DNA from: an uncultured virus (IMG/VR IMGVR_UViG_3300027749_000064)
Taxonomy: Duplodnaviria; Heunggongvirae; Uroviricota; Caudoviricetes
Virus record (IMG/VR): IMGVR_UViG_3300027749_000064
Length of the DNA: 36,993 bases
Strand: one strand, 5' to 3'
Position 1 is the stretch's first letter. Each line of letters opens with the position of its first letter. This document shows positions 35,780-36,993 of this stretch, piece after piece. A model generated the notes under the pieces. The model was given only the letters and a program-made list of their open reading frames with translations. It did not search any database and had not been told where the DNA came from. The position numbers were made by a program, and so were the translations under genes.

Positions 35780-35794
35780 TGTATAATTAGATAT

Positions 35795-36091
35795 ATGAGC
35801 AAATTAATAAATCATGTATCTTTTTATATAGACAAATACCCAGCAAGAATGTCAGGGTATATTTCAGCAATAATTCTTAATGTTTCTCATATGTGGTCCA
35901 ATTTTCCAATTGGCTTGTTTATTCCAGTTGCCATGTTGTTCATTATGATGGGTGAGGGAGCACAAAGAAAAGAAGATAAAAAAACTTTAAAAGCTCTTTA
36001 TACAGAAAACGATAAAGAAAAATCAGATTCCGATATAATACTAGAGATGGTGCACTCATTGCATCAAAAAGGTGAAAATAATGGCAAATAA
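35795..36091 (+). CDS. Small membrane protein, leaderless
   Basis: Two hydrophobic segments; TATAAT at 35782-87 lies 7 nt before ATG. Confidence 0.6.
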   Translation: MSKLINHVSFYIDKYPARMSGYISAIILNVSHMWSNFPIGLFIPVAMLFIMMGEGAQRKEDKKTLKALYTENDKEKSDSDIILEMVHSLHQKGENNGK

Positions 36092-36530
36092 TGAAAATTT
36101 AATTCAAATTTTAAAAGAATTACAATCAATGGCAATGAAAATGTATGCTCAAGCACACGGTTATCATTGGAATATTAAAGGGCGAGAATTTAAACAAGAT
36201 CACGCTTTTTTATTAGAAATATATGAAGATGTATTTGATTCAATTGATACATATGCTGAAAATTTAAAAAAAATTAAAGAAAAATCACCATTTGGACTTG
36301 AGCAATTACAACAAAATAGTGCATTGAAAATCAATGATTCTGCAGATTTAACTTCTGAACAGATGTTTGCTGAGTTAAGCAAAACTAACTTGCAGATTAT
36401 TGATAAGTTAAAAGATGGCTTTGATATTGCAACAGAAGCTAAAGAAAACGGAATTGCTAATTTTTTTGGTGATCGTCAAGATAAACATTCATTTTGGCAA
36501 TGGCAATTGACAAGCACCCTTAGCGCATAG
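36081..36530 (+). CDS. dps: Dps / ferritin-like DNA-protection protein
   Basis: HGYHWNIKG..F...H..L.EIY......D..AE ferroxidase motifs and a C-terminal K..WQ. Confidence 0.9.
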   Translation: MANNENLIQILKELQSMAMKMYAQAHGYHWNIKGREFKQDHAFLLEIYEDVFDSIDTYAENLKKIKEKSPFGLEQLQQNSALKINDSADLTSEQMFAELSKTNLQIIDKLKDGFDIATEAKENGIANFFGDRQDKHSFWQWQLTSTLSA

Positions 36531-36549
36531 TATAATACATATTAGATGC

Positions 36550-36579
36550 AAAAGGTCACGCAAGTGACCTTTTACTTTT
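36550..36579 (+). terminator. Intrinsic terminator-like hairpin, possibly bidirectional
   Basis: AAAAGGTCAC-GCAA-GTGACCTTTT followed by ACTTTT. Confidence 0.7.
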
Positions 36580-36652
36580 ATCCCTGTAGTTCAGCGGAAA
36601 GAATAGCTCGTTTCTACCGAGAAGGTCGGGAGTTCAAATCTCTCCAGGGGTG
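36580..36652 (+). tRNA. tRNA-Arg(TCT)
   Basis: ATCCCTG/CAGGGGT, GTTC/GAAT, CTCG-TTTCTAC-CGAG, GGGAG-TTCAAAT-CTCTC, G73. Confidence 0.87.
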
Positions 36653-36698
36653 CATTTATTTTGATTAAGTGTATAATAGGAAATGAGGAAGTGACACA

Positions 36699-36993
36699 TT
36701 GGAATACGATCCTTCAAACGAGGAACATAGGGAAATTATGGAGTATCTTCTATCAGAAGGTGCTGCAATCCTTGAGGGAATTGATGAAGATGGTCAACCA
36801 GTATACATGTTTGACATGGAGATCTTGGAAGAAGTTATGCCAGAACTCCACGCTGTAATGCAAGAAGATATGGACCAAGTTTTGGTTGATCTATATCAAA
36901 AAGGCTTAATAGATGTATCTTACGATGAAGATTTAAATGCTATGATGACTATTTCTAAAGAAGGCAAAGATGTCTTATTAAAAATGGGATTTG
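36699..36993 (+). CDS. Acidic hypothetical protein, 3'-truncated by the window edge
   Basis: TATAAT at 36672-77, GAGG RBS, TTG start; frame open to the end (MEYDPSNEEHREIMEYLLSEGAAILEGIDEDG...). Confidence 0.7.
   Translation, partial: MEYDPSNEEHREIMEYLLSEGAAILEGIDEDGQPVYMFDMEILEEVMPELHAVMQEDMDQVLVDLYQKGLIDVSYDEDLNAMMTISKEGKDVLLKMGF

Noticed and set aside
743..36382. Minus-strand ORFs and nested plus-strand ORFs in the track (for example 18083..18484, 31674..32006, 35309..35662, 23556..23888)
   Set aside because: They are shadows of well-supported + strand genes and have no recognisable motifs.
36580..36652. Amber suppressor tRNA (CTA in the loop) and stop-codon recoding
   Set aside because: The 7-nt loop TTTCTAC centres on TCT. 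TAG ends full-length genes (dnaB, dnaG, terL, hsp20, dps), so the standard code fits.
36661..36858. 65-aa ORF from the track
   Set aside because: It overlaps a promoter and a better-supported frame starting at TTG 36699 with an RBS.

Overview
This is an AT-rich (roughly 30% GC by eye) fragment of a large tailed dsDNA phage, with essentially all genes on the + strand. The gene set (DnaB, DnaG, SSB, DnaE, RecA, Cas4-like exonuclease, RuvC, FmdB zinc ribbon, terminase, tRNAs) resembles large actinobacteriophages; an actinobacterial, possibly freshwater, host is an inference. Layout: (1) 1-5870, two large Ser/Thr/Gly-rich tail or fibre proteins, the second ending in three Ig-like repeats, a (Thr-Pro)18 linker and a 6-Cys tip; (2) 5943-12290, a modification cassette with two 2OG-Fe(II) oxygenases, a GDP-mannose 3,5-epimerase-like enzyme, an O-fucosyltransferase-like protein, an SGNH protein and a carbamoyltransferase; (3) 12345-30019, small genes plus replication/recombination genes, including a frameshifted SSB and a second glycosyltransferase/methyltransferase/epimerase/DUF1599 cluster; (4) 30026-32883, terminase region; (5) 32890-36993, four tRNAs, a structured CCA-ending RNA candidate, Hsp20 with a structured leader, a pseudoknot ahead of a small basic peptide, and Dps. 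The best candidates for undescribed biology are a tail-fibre hydroxylation/glycosylation system and the ncRNA at 33328-33445. All calls come from motif recognition by eye; no database searches were run.
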